The translations under genes were made by a program, and so were the position numbers. The notes beneath the pieces are model-generated. The model was given only the letters and a program-made list of their open reading frames with translations. It was not told the origin of the DNA and did no database searches. A stretch of 64,000 bases of DNA. Origin: Acidobacteriota bacterium. GTDB taxonomy: Bacteria > Acidobacteriota > UBA890 > WLXD01. The stretch covers positions 3,072,001 through 3,136,000 of the forward strand of contig CBDFKD010000002.1 of NCBI GenBank assembly GCA_965248695.1. The letters are read 5' to 3'. This document shows, in pieces, positions 39,285 to 49,911 of the stretch (position 1 is the stretch's first letter; every line of letters starts with the position of its first letter).

Positions 39285-39968
39285 TCAGGTGATGCGGGCA
39301 GGGCCCATTGCTGCCGACAGCAGGTTGTCGTAGCGATTGGCCAGGTGGCGGCGCATCACCATGCGCGCGAGCTCGGCATCTCCGGTCTCGATGGCGTCAA
39401 CGATCGCCAGGTGCTCGGCATCGGAGTGCATCGACTCGTCGGTCATGAACCCACCGAGCGAGGCGAATCGCGTCATCTGCGACAGGCAGGATTTGACCAG
39501 TTCCACCATCAGAGCGTTGTTGCTCGCCTCGGCAACGGCTGCGTGGAACCGATCGTTGCGCTCGATGGCGACCGCGTAGCTCGCCGAATCACCCACGCGT
39601 ATGTCGCAGCGGGCCAGCGCCCGCATTTGCGCCTTGGCCTCGGCGCCGGCGCTCAGCGCGGCGCGGGCGGCGGCTTCGCCCTCGATCAACAAGCGGATCT
39701 CGAACGTGTCCTTGACATCGTTGACGCTACTCCTGGCTACCGAATAGCCGCGGCCCGGCACGTGCTCGACGAACCCCTGGACCAGCAACTGCGACAGAGC
39801 CTCCCTGACCGGGGTCCGGCTGGTGCCATATCGCTCCGCCAGGTCGCCCTCTCGCAGGGGCTCACCGGGAACGACATCGCCAAGGATGATGCTGTCGCGC
39901 AACCGCGTGTGCACGTGCATGACGCGAGTTGTCGGGCTCAACGTTGAAATGGTCATCAGGGGATTCAT
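39285..39968 (-). CDS. GntR-family (FCD) transcriptional regulator
   Basis: LRE..LAERYGTSRTPVREAL, FH, EH.AIVDAI. Confidence 0.9.
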   Translation of the reverse strand: MNPLMTISTLSPTTRVMHVHTRLRDSIILGDVVPGEPLREGDLAERYGTSRTPVREALSQLLVQGFVEHVPGRGYSVARSSVNDVKDTFEIRLLIEGEAAARAALSAGAEAKAQMRALARCDIRVGDSASYAVAIERNDRFHAAVAEASNNALMVELVKSCLSQMTRFASLGGFMTDESMHSDAEHLAIVDAIETGDAELARMVMRRHLANRYDNLLSAAMGPARIT

Positions 39969-40119
39969 CCGAGGAGCGGAAGAAGAACCGAGGGATCATC
40001 CCCGTTTCGGGACGCCGACTCAAGCGGCTCCCCGCCGCGCCCCGCGTCGGGTGGCACATCTCCAATAGAATTGCCCGACGTCGCGCTGCCCAGGCCGCCA
40101 GCACAACTCTGGAGATTTC

Positions 40120-42192
40120 ATGCGTCCAAACCGCCACGCCGTAGCAGCGCTGTTGCTGTCCGTCGTCCTGCTGGCCCCGAGCTGGGGCGCCGCCAACAAC
40201 AGCTCGCAGAAGTTCGAGATGCTCGACGTGTTCGATCTCGAGTGGGGCTCCGATCCGCGGATCTCGGCCGACGGCTCGCGCATCGTGTACGTGCGCAACT
40301 TCTACGACATCACGACCGACCGCCGCGCCTCGAACCTGTGGTTGATCGACGTGACAAGCGGCGAACAACGCCCGTTGACCAGCGGCACAGCCAACAACGG
40401 CTCGCCGCGCTGGAGCCCGGACGGCTCGCGCCTGCTCTGGGTCTCCTCCCTCGAGGGCGGCGCGCAGTTGTGGATGCGCTGGATGGACAGCGGACAAACG
40501 GCCCGCGTCAGCAACCTGACGCGTGGCCCCGGCGCTGTAACCTGGTCGCCTGACGGGGCATGGATCTCGTTCTCGATGTTCGTGCCCGCCGAGCCCGAAT
40601 CCCTGGATGCGCAGATGCCGACGGCGCCGGGCGGCGCTGAATGGGCCCCGGCAGCAAAGGTGATCACCAAGCTCCAGTACCGCGCTGACGGTGCTGGCTA
40701 CCTGCCCGACGGGACCAACCACCTGTTCATCGTACCGGCCGACGGCGGCACCCCCCGGCAGCTGACCGAAGGCGCCTTCAATCACTTCGGTCATTCGTGG
40801 GCGCCAGACGGTCAACACCTGGTGCTCTCGGCCAACCGACACGACGACTGGCAGTACGAACCGGCAGACACCGAGATCTACGAGCTCGCCCTGGCCACCG
40901 GCGAGCTGCGTCAGCTCACATCGCGGCACGGACCGGATAACGGACCGGCGGTCTCGCCGGACGGCAGCAGGATCCTCTATACCGGCAACGACGAGCGTTA
41001 CCAGGGGTTCGACGTCAACGAGCTGTACGTGATGAATCGCGATGGCAGCGGTGTTGAGCGGCTCGCGTCGGGCTTCGACCGCAACATCGGCGGGGCGCGC
41101 TGGAGCGACGACGGCGAGGGGATCTGGTTCCAGTACACCGATGGCGGCGTCACCAAGGTGGCGTTCCTGCCCGCCAGGGGCTCGGCGGAGCCGGAGATGC
41201 GCGCCGACAGTCTAGGCGGACAGGATCTCGGACGGCCCTATGCTTCGGGTCAGTTCTCGGTGTCGGCGTCGGGAGACATCGCGGTGACCTACTCGCCCGG
41301 AGATCGGCCCGCCGACGTGGCGCTGGTGGCCGACGGCGAGCTACGGCAACTCACCTGGCTCAACGACGACCTGCTGGCTCACAAGTCGATCGGCGCGCCC
41401 GAGCAGATCCGCTGGGAATCGAGCTTCGACGGCCGCAGCGTCGAGGGCTGGATCGTACATCCGCCGGATTTCGACCAGGCGAAGAAATATCCCCTGGTGC
41501 TCGAGATCCACGGCGGCCCGTTCGCCGCCTACGGACCACATTTCGCTGCCGAGGTGCAGCTCTACGCTGCTGCCGGGTACGTAGTGCTGTACAGCAACCC
41601 GCGCGGGTCGAGCTCGTACGGGGAGGAATTCGGTAACCTGATCCACCACAACTATCCGAGCCAGGACTTCGACGATCTGATGTCGGGTGTCGACGCGGTC
41701 GTCGCGCGCGGCTACGTCGACGAGGACGACCTCTTTGTTACCGGAGGCTCGGGCGGCGGCGTTCTGACCGCCTGGATCGTCGGGCACACCGATCGGTTCG
41801 CGGCCGCCGTCTCACAAAAGCCGGTAATCAACTGGTACAGCTTCGTACTCAACGCCGACGCCACACCGGTCTTCTACAAGTACTGGTTCCCCGGTTTTCC
41901 GTGGGACCACGCCGAGAACTATCTGGAGCGCTCGCCACTGCACCACGTCGGCAACGTCAGCACACCGACCATGTTGATCACCGGTGAGCAGGACTACCGC
42001 ACCCCGATCTCGGAGAGCGAACAGTTCTACACCGCCCTCAAGCTGCGGAAGATCCCGAGTGCCCTGGTGCGCATCCCGGAGGCGTCACACGGAATCGCCG
42101 CGCGCCCCAGCCACCTCCTCGCCAAGGTGGCGCACGTGCTCGCCTGGTTCGAACGCTATCGAAGCGTGACCACACCGATGGACAACAACTGA
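40120..42192 (+). CDS. S9-family secreted peptidase (acylaminoacyl/dipeptidyl peptidase-like)
   Basis: PD40 propeller, IHGGP, NPRGS, GGSGGG catalytic Ser, DYRTP, SHG. Confidence 0.92.
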   Translation: MRPNRHAVAALLLSVVLLAPSWGAANNSSQKFEMLDVFDLEWGSDPRISADGSRIVYVRNFYDITTDRRASNLWLIDVTSGEQRPLTSGTANNGSPRWSPDGSRLLWVSSLEGGAQLWMRWMDSGQTARVSNLTRGPGAVTWSPDGAWISFSMFVPAEPESLDAQMPTAPGGAEWAPAAKVITKLQYRADGAGYLPDGTNHLFIVPADGGTPRQLTEGAFNHFGHSWAPDGQHLVLSANRHDDWQYEPADTEIYELALATGELRQLTSRHGPDNGPAVSPDGSRILYTGNDERYQGFDVNELYVMNRDGSGVERLASGFDRNIGGARWSDDGEGIWFQYTDGGVTKVAFLPARGSAEPEMRADSLGGQDLGRPYASGQFSVSASGDIAVTYSPGDRPADVALVADGELRQLTWLNDDLLAHKSIGAPEQIRWESSFDGRSVEGWIVHPPDFDQAKKYPLVLEIHGGPFAAYGPHFAAEVQLYAAAGYVVLYSNPRGSSSYGEEFGNLIHHNYPSQDFDDLMSGVDAVVARGYVDEDDLFVTGGSGGGVLTAWIVGHTDRFAAAVSQKPVINWYSFVLNADATPVFYKYWFPGFPWDHAENYLERSPLHHVGNVSTPTMLITGEQDYRTPISESEQFYTALKLRKIPSALVRIPEASHGIAARPSHLLAKVAHVLAWFERYRSVTTPMDNN

Positions 42193-42275
42193 ACGACCGA
42201 TTATCCGACGGCGTCCCGCTGGCGTGGGGCCGTCGGGGTCAGGTAACCCGCCTAATTGTCGCTGAGTGAGGTTCG

Positions 42276-42665
42276 ATGCAGGGAATCCGAGTCCGTGTCG
42301 TCGCCGCCTGGGCGGTGGCTATTTTGCTGGCGATCTATTTCGTGCAGGCGGGTGCCGGGAAGCTCAACCCATCGCCGGCGCTGGTCGAACGATTCGAGTC
42401 CTGGGGATACAGCGGCGGCTTCGCACGGATCGTCGGCATGCTCGAGATCACCGGAGCGGTGCTGGGGCTGGTCCCGTCGCTCGCCGCCTACGGAGCGCTG
42501 CTGATCTCGACAGTGATGATCGGTGCCATCTACACGCACCTGTCCACCGGTATCGGCGGCCCCGCTACGGCAGCACAGATGCTGGTGCTCGCGGGGGCGC
42601 TGATCGCGCTGCGGGCACGCGACGCACGTCCGCTGGGCAAGGCGCGCCGTATCGACGTTGCCTGA
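42276..42665 (+). CDS. DoxX-family membrane protein
   Basis: GAGKL...F..WGY...IVG.LEI.G, MIGAIYTH. Confidence 0.8.
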   Translation: MQGIRVRVVAAWAVAILLAIYFVQAGAGKLNPSPALVERFESWGYSGGFARIVGMLEITGAVLGLVPSLAAYGALLISTVMIGAIYTHLSTGIGGPATAAQMLVLAGALIALRARDARPLGKARRIDVA

Positions 42666-42746
42666 GGCGGCCGCCGGTCACGCGCGCCTACCTGGGGTTT
42701 CGACCGCCCAGGGCCAGCACGACGTCATCGGCTCACCGCAGCGCAC

Positions 42747-43535
42747 CTACAAGAGGCTGCGGATCCAGCCGCCGTCGACGGCGATCGACGCCCCGGTGAT
42801 GTAGCTCGCACGATCCGACGCCAGGAAGGTGACCATGGCGGCGAACTCGCGCGGCTCCGCAAGCCTCCCCATAGGTATCGCCGCCTCCCAGCCCGTGACG
42901 ATGTCGTCGCGGCTACCGCCGGTGGCCTCCGCCTGACTCCGGGCCAGGTCCTCGACGCGATCCGTCCAGGTGAACCCCGGCATGACGTTGTTCACTGTCA
43001 CTCCCGAAGCGGCCACCTCATTGGCGAGCGTGCGCGCGAAGCCGGTGACCGCGGCGCGCAAGGAGTTGGACAGAATGAGCCCGTCGACCGGCTGCTTCAC
43101 GGCGATGGAGGTGATGTTGATGATGCGCCCCCAGCCGGCCGACTTCATACCCGGCAACACCGAGCGGCTGAAGTTCAAGACGCTGTCGAGCGTACCCTCA
43201 ACCGCCTCGCTCCAGACCTGCCGCGAGTGCGCCTCGAACGGCCCGGCCGGAGGACCACCGGAGTTGGTCACCAGCACGTCGACGCACCCATAGGCGTCGT
43301 TCGCTGCCGCCACGACCGCATCCACATCCGTGGCGCGACTGACATCGGCCGGTATCGCCGTCACATCGGCACCGCTGGCGACCAGCGAGGTGCAGATTTC
43401 CTGCAGAGTCTCCTCGCCACGGGCGCAGATGACCAGCTTGCAACCCTCAGCGGCAAGCTCCTCGGCGACGGCGCGACCCAGGCCGCGGCTCGCGGCGGCG
43501 ACCAGCGCGACCTTGCCCTGCAGGCCGAGATCCAC
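42747..43535 (-). CDS. SDR-family oxidoreductase (atypical active site)
   Basis: MDLGLQGK.ALVAAASRGLG, NSGGP, LSNSLR in place of YxxxK, YITG..I.VDGG. Confidence 0.9.
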   Translation of the reverse strand: MDLGLQGKVALVAAASRGLGRAVAEELAAEGCKLVICARGEETLQEICTSLVASGADVTAIPADVSRATDVDAVVAAANDAYGCVDVLVTNSGGPPAGPFEAHSRQVWSEAVEGTLDSVLNFSRSVLPGMKSAGWGRIINITSIAVKQPVDGLILSNSLRAAVTGFARTLANEVAASGVTVNNVMPGFTWTDRVEDLARSQAEATGGSRDDIVTGWEAAIPMGRLAEPREFAAMVTFLASDRASYITGASIAVDGGWIRSLL

Positions 43536-43538
43536 GCC

Positions 43539-43910
43539 TCAGCCCTCCTGGAAGTAGGTATCGGTGCCGTCGAGCCAGTCCTGCCGTGGCGGTGAGAACA
43601 CGTCGACGTCGAGGGTGTCCTCCAACGCCTCCGCCTTGTGGGGAACGTTGGAGGGCAACGTGAGCACCTCGCCCGCATGCACATCGATGGGCTCGGCGTC
43701 CTCGCTCCCGACCCAGAACCGCAACACGCCTTCGAGCACGTAGGTCAGTTGCTCGTTGTCGTGCGAGTGCATCGGCACGATGCCGCCCTTCTTCAAGTAC
43801 ACGTGTGCCAGCATCATGCGATCGCAGGTGATCAGCCGACGATCGATCGTGTCGGTGACGCGCTCCTTCGGCATGTCTTCCCAGCGGAACTTCGATACCT
43901 CGTTCGCCAT
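43539..43910 (-). CDS. Cupin-domain protein
   Basis: P.HSH.NEQ..YVLEG, PSNVPH, DVFSPPRQDW. Confidence 0.88.
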   Translation of the reverse strand: MANEVSKFRWEDMPKERVTDTIDRRLITCDRMMLAHVYLKKGGIVPMHSHDNEQLTYVLEGVLRFWVGSEDAEPIDVHAGEVLTLPSNVPHKAEALEDTLDVDVFSPPRQDWLDGTDTYFQEG

Positions 43911-43931
43911 CAGCTCACTCCCTGTACGAGA

Positions 43932-46319
43932 TCATTCGGCCAGGTGCTCGCGCAGCAGTCGCTGCACCGTTCCGCCGTCGGCACCAGCGCCCACTTCGGT
44001 CATCACCTGGCCCATGAAAAAGCCCATCAACGCCACCCGGCCGGCGCGATACTCGTCGGCCTTCTCGGGGTTGTCGGCAACCACACGTTCGACGATCTCG
44101 GCAAGCGCCGACTCGTCGACCCCTGCATCCAGGCCGCGATCGCGGACGATCGTGCGCGGCTCACCGCCCTCGGCGACCAGCACCTCGAACACCAGGCGCC
44201 CGACGCCCGCGGTGATCTCCCCTGCTTCGACCATCGCTACCAGCGCGCCGAGGGTGCCGCCATCGAAACGCAGGGCATCGAGACCACATTCCTTGCTGGT
44301 CGGAAGCACCTCGTTGACGATCCACTTCGCCGTCGCTCGGGCTTCGGCCGGCGCCGCCATGGCGGCCTCGAAGAAGGCGGCCACCGCGTGGTCGCCGCTG
44401 AGCACGTCCGCATCCGCCTCGGCCAGTCCGATCTCACCGACGTAACGCTCATGGCGCGCCGCCAGATCGGCATCGGAGGCGCGCGCCGCCGCGCGGGCCT
44501 CCGCAGGCGTGCGCTTGCGACGCTTGCGAACGTCGACAGCAGCGGCTGCACCGGAGGAGCCGCCAGCCGCCGTCGTGCCATCGCTGGCTCGGTCGGCGCC
44601 GCTGTCCGCGGTCAGTACCTTCGCCCACGAGTCGCGCAACGTGACGACGCGGTTGAAGATCGGGGCCCCCGGAGACGAGTCGGACGGGTCACTGTAGAAG
44701 TAACCGAGACGCTCGAACTGCAGATGCGCCCCCGGTTCCGTATCACCGACGCCGGGCTCTGCCAGGGCGCCGTCGAGCGACTCCAGGGAATCAGGATTCA
44801 GGTCGGCGAGCAGATCCCCGTCACGCCCCGGCTCGGCGACGGAGAACAGCCGGTCGTAGAGCCGTACGGAAACCGGAACCGCGTGCGCGGCCGAAACCCA
44901 GTGCACCGTACCGCGGATCCGTCGGCCGTCGGGTGTGGCACCACCGCGGGTCTCGTCGTCGTAGCTACAGTGCAGCTCCACCACCTCGCCAGCGTCGTTC
45001 TTTAGGACGTCATCGCAGCGGATCACATAGCCGTAGCGCAGCCGCACCTCCCGACCCGGCGCCAGACGGAAGAACTTCGGCGCCGGCACTTCCATGAAGT
45101 CTTCGCGCTCGATGTACAACTCGCCAGCGAACGGCACCGATCGCGATCCCTCCTTGGGCACGTCGTGCGGCCAGAACGGCGCGTCGATCTGCTCCACCTT
45201 GCCCGTCGGCCAGTTGGTGATCACCACCTTCAGGGGTCGCAGCACGCACATCACTCGCGGCGCCCGATGGTTCAGGTCATCGCGGATCGCGTACTCGAGC
45301 ATGGCGATGTCGACGCGACCTTCAGTTTTGGCCACACCGACCAGATCGCAGAACCTGCGGATCGCCGCCGGCGTCACACCGCGGCGCCGCAACCCGGCGA
45401 TTGTCGGCATGCGCGGATCGTCCCACCCATCGACGTGTCCGCCCTCGACCAGCTGCAGCAGCTTCCGCTTGCTGGTGATCATGTAGTCGACGTTCAGCCG
45501 CGAGAACTCGAACTGATACGGCCTCGAGGAGCCCAGCTCGAGGGAGTCGATGTACCAGTCATAAAGCTCCCGGTTGCTGACGAACTCGAGAGTGCACAGC
45601 GAATGGGTCACGCCTTCGATGGCGTCCGACTGGCCGTGGGCCCAGTCGTAGAAGGGATAGATGCACCAGTCGTCGCCGCGTCGGTAATGATGCGCGTGAC
45701 GGATCCGATACATGAGCGGGTCGCGCAACTTCATGTTCGGGTGGGCCATGTCGATACGGGCACGCAACACCTTGGCACCATCGGGGAACTCGCCGCCGCG
45801 CATGCGCGCGAACAGATCGAGGTTTTCGTCCACCGAGCGGTCACGATACGGGCTCTCACGCCCCGGCTCGGTCACCGTACCGCGATGGTCGCGGATCTCC
45901 TCCTCGCCGAGATCGTCCACGTAGGCCTTCCCCTTGCCAATGAGCTCGACGGCCCAGTCGTAGAGCCGCTCGAAGTAGTCCGAGGCGTAGTACTCATGGT
46001 CGTCCCAATCGAAGCCCAGCCAGCGGACGTCAGCCTTGATCGCCTCGACATAACGCGGGTCCTCGGTAGCCGGGTTGGTGTCGTCGAAGCGGAGGTTGCA
46101 GTGCCCGCCAAACTCGGCCGCGACGCCGAAGTCAACGCAGATCGCCTTCGCATGCCCGATGTGAAGGAAGCCGTTCGGCTCGGGTGGAAACCGGGTCACG
46201 ACGTGGTCGTATTTTCCCGCCGCCAGATCATCGCGCACGATCGTGCGGACGAAGTCGGCACCCGACTCGCGGCCGCCGTCTGCACCTGGTTTCGGATCAG
46301 CTTTGCTGTCGGCGGCCAC
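43932..46319 (-). CDS. glnS: Glutamine--tRNA ligase / YqeY-domain fusion
   Basis: [43 protein letters not shown], then a GatB/YqeY-like C-terminus (Y..G...[10 protein letters not shown]). Confidence 0.95.
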   Translation of the reverse strand: MAADSKADPKPGADGGRESGADFVRTIVRDDLAAGKYDHVVTRFPPEPNGFLHIGHAKAICVDFGVAAEFGGHCNLRFDDTNPATEDPRYVEAIKADVRWLGFDWDDHEYYASDYFERLYDWAVELIGKGKAYVDDLGEEEIRDHRGTVTEPGRESPYRDRSVDENLDLFARMRGGEFPDGAKVLRARIDMAHPNMKLRDPLMYRIRHAHHYRRGDDWCIYPFYDWAHGQSDAIEGVTHSLCTLEFVSNRELYDWYIDSLELGSSRPYQFEFSRLNVDYMITSKRKLLQLVEGGHVDGWDDPRMPTIAGLRRRGVTPAAIRRFCDLVGVAKTEGRVDIAMLEYAIRDDLNHRAPRVMCVLRPLKVVITNWPTGKVEQIDAPFWPHDVPKEGSRSVPFAGELYIEREDFMEVPAPKFFRLAPGREVRLRYGYVIRCDDVLKNDAGEVVELHCSYDDETRGGATPDGRRIRGTVHWVSAAHAVPVSVRLYDRLFSVAEPGRDGDLLADLNPDSLESLDGALAEPGVGDTEPGAHLQFERLGYFYSDPSDSSPGAPIFNRVVTLRDSWAKVLTADSGADRASDGTTAAGGSSGAAAAVDVRKRRKRTPAEARAAARASDADLAARHERYVGEIGLAEADADVLSGDHAVAAFFEAAMAAPAEARATAKWIVNEVLPTSKECGLDALRFDGGTLGALVAMVEAGEITAGVGRLVFEVLVAEGGEPRTIVRDRGLDAGVDESALAEIVERVVADNPEKADEYRAGRVALMGFFMGQVMTEVGAGADGGTVQRLLREHLAE

Positions 46320-46344
46320 AGCGTCCCCCTGGTACTGGGCGCGG

Positions 46345-47658
46345 TCAGTGCGCCGAGATGCGGTACAGATGATGTCGGCCGCGCATGTACATCTCGCTGC
46401 CGACGATCGCCGGTGAACCGTCGAACCCGTCGTCTAGGCTGTTGCGCGCCAGCACCTTGAGCTCGGGCCCGTTCTCGAGCACGAGACCACCGCCGTCGCG
46501 GCCGATGAGATAGACGCGGCCCGCCGCCCCCACCGGCGACGCATAGACCTCGCGTAGCCCCTCCAAGCGTTGCGGTCCGTAGCGCCGCTCGCCGGTGCTG
46601 GCCGTGTACACCGTCAGTATCGGGTCGTTGCTCTTCAGGTAATACAGCACGTCGTCGTACAGCAACGGCGACGGCACATAGGGGGTGTCGCGATCGACTT
46701 CCCAGACAACGGCATCGCCGTCGCCGATATCGCCGCTGGCCGCGGCGAGACGCACGGCGCGCAGAGCGCTGCCTCGATACCCGGCCGTCAGGTAGACGAC
46801 TCCGTCCGCGAACACGGGAGAGGGAATCGAGTTGAGCGTCAGCCCGGCACCGTGCCAGATCAGCTCGCCAGTGGCGAAATCGTAGCTGCGCACCCGATTC
46901 GTCCCCGCGGTGATCACCTGCGTGCGGCCAGCGTGCTCCACCACCAGCGGCGTCGCCCAGGTGGTGATCTCGTCACGGTCGGTGCGCCAGATCTCCTCGC
47001 CGGTGTGCTTGTCTAGGGCGACGATGTAGGACGGTCCCTCGTGATCCCAGGTAATCACCAGCGCGTCACCGTGCAGGACGGGCGAGCTGCCCTCGCCGAA
47101 CTCACGCCGCGTGGACATGTCGCCAAGGTCCTTTTCCCACACCAAGTTTCCGTCCAGGTCGTAGCAGAAGACGCCGCGCGAACCGAAATAGGCCCACACG
47201 TGCTCGCCGTCGGTCAGCGCCGAGGCTGACGCAAACGAGTTGTTCATCTGCCGCGCCTCATGAGGCGCCTCCTGCCGCGAGGTACGCTCCCACACCACCG
47301 AGCCGTCGGCGCGATTGATCGCCAGGATGTTGAAGCTTAGCGACGTGCTCGGCGCCGCTGGCCCGCGTCGCCGGCGGCCCTCCGACGCTTCCGGGACGGA
47401 CTCCCCGACAGCAGTGAGGACGTACACGCGATCGCCCCACACCACCGGAGTGCCCGAACCCTGACCGGGAATGGCGATCTTCCAGGCGACGTTCTTCGTT
47501 TCGCTCCATTCCACTGGCGGATCACCGTCTGGTGACACCCCCGACATCATCGGGCCTCGCCACATCGGCCACTGGCTGGGGCTCTCGATTGCCGTCGATG
47601 CCAGCGGAACGACGATCGCAATCACGCAGATCAAGACGCCACCAACGCGATATCTCAA
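46345..47658 (-). CDS. Secreted PQQ-binding-like beta-propeller protein
   Basis: [37 protein letters not shown]; TTG start 47658 with GAGG RBS. Confidence 0.85.
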   Translation of the reverse strand: MRYRVGGVLICVIAIVVPLASTAIESPSQWPMWRGPMMSGVSPDGDPPVEWSETKNVAWKIAIPGQGSGTPVVWGDRVYVLTAVGESVPEASEGRRRRGPAAPSTSLSFNILAINRADGSVVWERTSRQEAPHEARQMNNSFASASALTDGEHVWAYFGSRGVFCYDLDGNLVWEKDLGDMSTRREFGEGSSPVLHGDALVITWDHEGPSYIVALDKHTGEEIWRTDRDEITTWATPLVVEHAGRTQVITAGTNRVRSYDFATGELIWHGAGLTLNSIPSPVFADGVVYLTAGYRGSALRAVRLAAASGDIGDGDAVVWEVDRDTPYVPSPLLYDDVLYYLKSNDPILTVYTASTGERRYGPQRLEGLREVYASPVGAAGRVYLIGRDGGGLVLENGPELKVLARNSLDDGFDGSPAIVGSEMYMRGRHHLYRISAH

Positions 47659-47663
47659 CGTCT

Positions 47664-48341
47664 TTACCTCTGAGTAGTCGACGGAGTCCCGCGGGGGCGC
47701 AGGCCATCGAGCAACAGGGTGGTCAGAACCTCCGGCAGCTCGCCGCGCTGCTGGTCGACGATTGTATCGCCAAGCAGGCGTTGGAGAACCAGGCCGAGGA
47801 CCGTCGCCGTCACCACCCTGGCGGCGAGAGCCGGATCCGCGGTACGCAACCGCCCGCGGGCCGCGAGATCGGCGAGCAGAGTCTCGCCCATCTCGGTTGC
47901 CGGCTGCAGTACCTGCTCGTAGTAGGCTCGCCGATGCTCGGGATCGACCAGCAACTCCGGCCAGGTCGCTCGGAGCAGGTCCAGCCGGTCCCACAGCGTG
48001 TCGAGTCTATGTCGGAGGTAGGCGCCCAGGAAGTCGCGGAAGCCCGCCGCCGGGCGCTGGCCGAGGTCGATCTTGCCGCGCTCCGCCGCCGCCAGACGAT
48101 CGAGCAGGCCGAGCATGAGGTCGCCCTTGTCGCCGAAGTAGTTGTAGATCGTGCCGTCCGCCACCCCGGCGCGGCGCGCGATCGCTCGTACAGTGGCGCG
48201 CTGGTAGCCAACCGTGGCGATCTCCTCGGTGGCGGCATCGAGGATTCGCTCGCGGCGACGGCGGGTGCGCTCGGCGACGGCAGGCGCGGCTAGCGGCGGC
48301 GCTGCCTCTTCGGAGTGTCCTGCAAGGCCGTCTTCAGCCAT
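47664..48341 (-). CDS. TetR/AcrR-family transcriptional regulator
   Basis: RERILDAA...GY..ATVRAIARRAGVADGTIYNYFGDK. Confidence 0.92.
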   Translation of the reverse strand: MAEDGLAGHSEEAAPPLAAPAVAERTRRRRERILDAATEEIATVGYQRATVRAIARRAGVADGTIYNYFGDKGDLMLGLLDRLAAAERGKIDLGQRPAAGFRDFLGAYLRHRLDTLWDRLDLLRATWPELLVDPEHRRAYYEQVLQPATEMGETLLADLAARGRLRTADPALAARVVTATVLGLVLQRLLGDTIVDQQRGELPEVLTTLLLDGLRPRGTPSTTQR

Positions 48342-48396
48342 ACCAGATCATCGTGACTTCCATGCGCTCAATTCGCGTACAAGTTCTCGTGGTTTC

Positions 48397-48435
48397 TGAA
48401 TGATCATTCACTCAATTATTGAACACATATTCAAT
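48397..48435. promoter_or_regulatory. Two TGAA-N6-TTCA operator dyads between divergent tetR and pfk
   Basis: Perfect TGAATGATCATTCA (48397-48410) and ATTGAA-cacata-TTCAAT (48418-48435) in an AT-rich island. Confidence 0.7.
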
Positions 48436-48520
48436 TCTGACAAGGAGGAGCCACCGGTAGCAGCCGGGATGGTGCCCGGCTAAAGTCATGACAATCTGAC
48501 CAGAGAGGGGCAAAACGCCG

Positions 48521-49831
48521 TTGCGAACGCTACCGACGCCAGACCAACTCCGGATTCGACAACTTGGGGCGCCGCGACAGGCATCGCCGCTGGCCGCCAA
48601 CGGCGTGCTGACGGTAAGCGACGGTCAGGGCGTCCTGATTCCTACCGACACCGAGACGCTGGCCGGGGTCGAGGGCGCGATTCCGTCGTTCGAGGCGGCC
48701 GGGCCGCGTGCCGAGCTCTTTTTTGACCCTCCGAGCGCGAGCATCGGCATCGTCACGTGCGGCGGGTTGTGCCCCGGCATCAACGACGTCATCCGCGCCA
48801 TCGTGCTCACCGCATGGCATGAGTACGGCGTGCGCCGCGTCCTCGGCTTCCGCTACGGCTTTGCCGGACTTGCCGCATCGTCGGCGCTGGAGCCGGTGGC
48901 GCTCGATCCCGACGTAGTACACGAGATCCACAGCCTCGGCGGAACGATCCTCGGCTCGAGCCGAGGACCGCAGGAGGTCTCCGAGATGGTCGACGAGCTG
49001 CAGCGACGGCGTGTCGACATCCTGTTTGCGATTGGTGGCGACGGCACGCTGAGCGGCGCTTCGGAGCTCGCCGCCGAGATTAGCCGGCGGACGGTCCCGA
49101 TCGCGGTCGTCGGCATCCCGAAGACGATCGACAACGACATTCTCTGGCTCGAACGCAGCTTCGGCTTCGCTACTGCCGTCAACGAGGCGGCGCGATCGAT
49201 CGTCGCGGCGCACACCGAGGCACACGCGGTGCGGAACGGAATCGGCCTGGTGAAGCTCATGGGACGCTATGCAGGTTTCATTGCGGCGCACGCCACCTTG
49301 GCTCACAACCAGGTCAACTTCTGCCTGGTGCCGGAGCTGCCGTTCGCGCTCGAGGGAGGAGCCGGCTTCCTGACCTTGCTCGAACGTAGACTCGGAACCA
49401 AGGGCCATGCGGTGGTGGTCGTCGCAGAGGGGGCCGGACAGGAGCACATCGACCACGGCGGTCCGACTCGCGATGCCTCCGGCAACCCGACGCTCGCCGA
49501 TATCGGCCCCTTTCTGAAGGAACGCATCCAGCGGCATCTCCGCGCCTGCGACATGGTCGCATCGGTGAAGTACATCGACCCGAGCTACCTGATCCGCAGC
49601 TTACCCGCCAACGCCTTCGACTCGGCGCTCTGCCTGACGTTGGGTCAGCACGCTGTCCACGCCGGCCTCAGCGGCCGCACCGACATGCTGGTCGGTACCT
49701 GGGCTGGCCACTACACACACGTGCCGCTACCGCTGGCGACAAGCGAGCGGCGCCAGCTCGACGTCGGCGGGGCAGTGTGGCAACGCGTGCTGGAAGCCAC
49801 CGGCCAACCCGGGGTCATGAGCGACGAATGA
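48521..49831 (+). CDS. pfkA: ATP-dependent 6-phosphofructokinase (long, group X-like)
   Basis: TCGGLCPG.N, GGTILGSSRG, GGDGT (ATP-type Gly), PKTIDND, LMGR, KYIDPSY.IRS. Confidence 0.92.
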   Translation: MRTLPTPDQLRIRQLGAPRQASPLAANGVLTVSDGQGVLIPTDTETLAGVEGAIPSFEAAGPRAELFFDPPSASIGIVTCGGLCPGINDVIRAIVLTAWHEYGVRRVLGFRYGFAGLAASSALEPVALDPDVVHEIHSLGGTILGSSRGPQEVSEMVDELQRRRVDILFAIGGDGTLSGASELAAEISRRTVPIAVVGIPKTIDNDILWLERSFGFATAVNEAARSIVAAHTEAHAVRNGIGLVKLMGRYAGFIAAHATLAHNQVNFCLVPELPFALEGGAGFLTLLERRLGTKGHAVVVVAEGAGQEHIDHGGPTRDASGNPTLADIGPFLKERIQRHLRACDMVASVKYIDPSYLIRSLPANAFDSALCLTLGQHAVHAGLSGRTDMLVGTWAGHYTHVPLPLATSERRQLDVGGAVWQRVLEATGQPGVMSDE

Positions 49832-49911
49832 GAGGCAACCTTTAGCGCCGCCGTGCGTCTGAAGGGAGGGAGAGAGTAGTCTGACCTAGATCGGCCGCGC
49901 CTCCGCCGCCG

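Noticed and set aside
42205-42236. Rho-independent terminator after the S9 peptidase
   Set aside because: An 8-bp GC stem is present but there is no U-tract; support is too weak
42747-43535. SDR lacking YxxxK as a novel or dead enzyme
   Set aside because: The MDLGL...LSN..R pattern is a widespread atypical SDR subgroup
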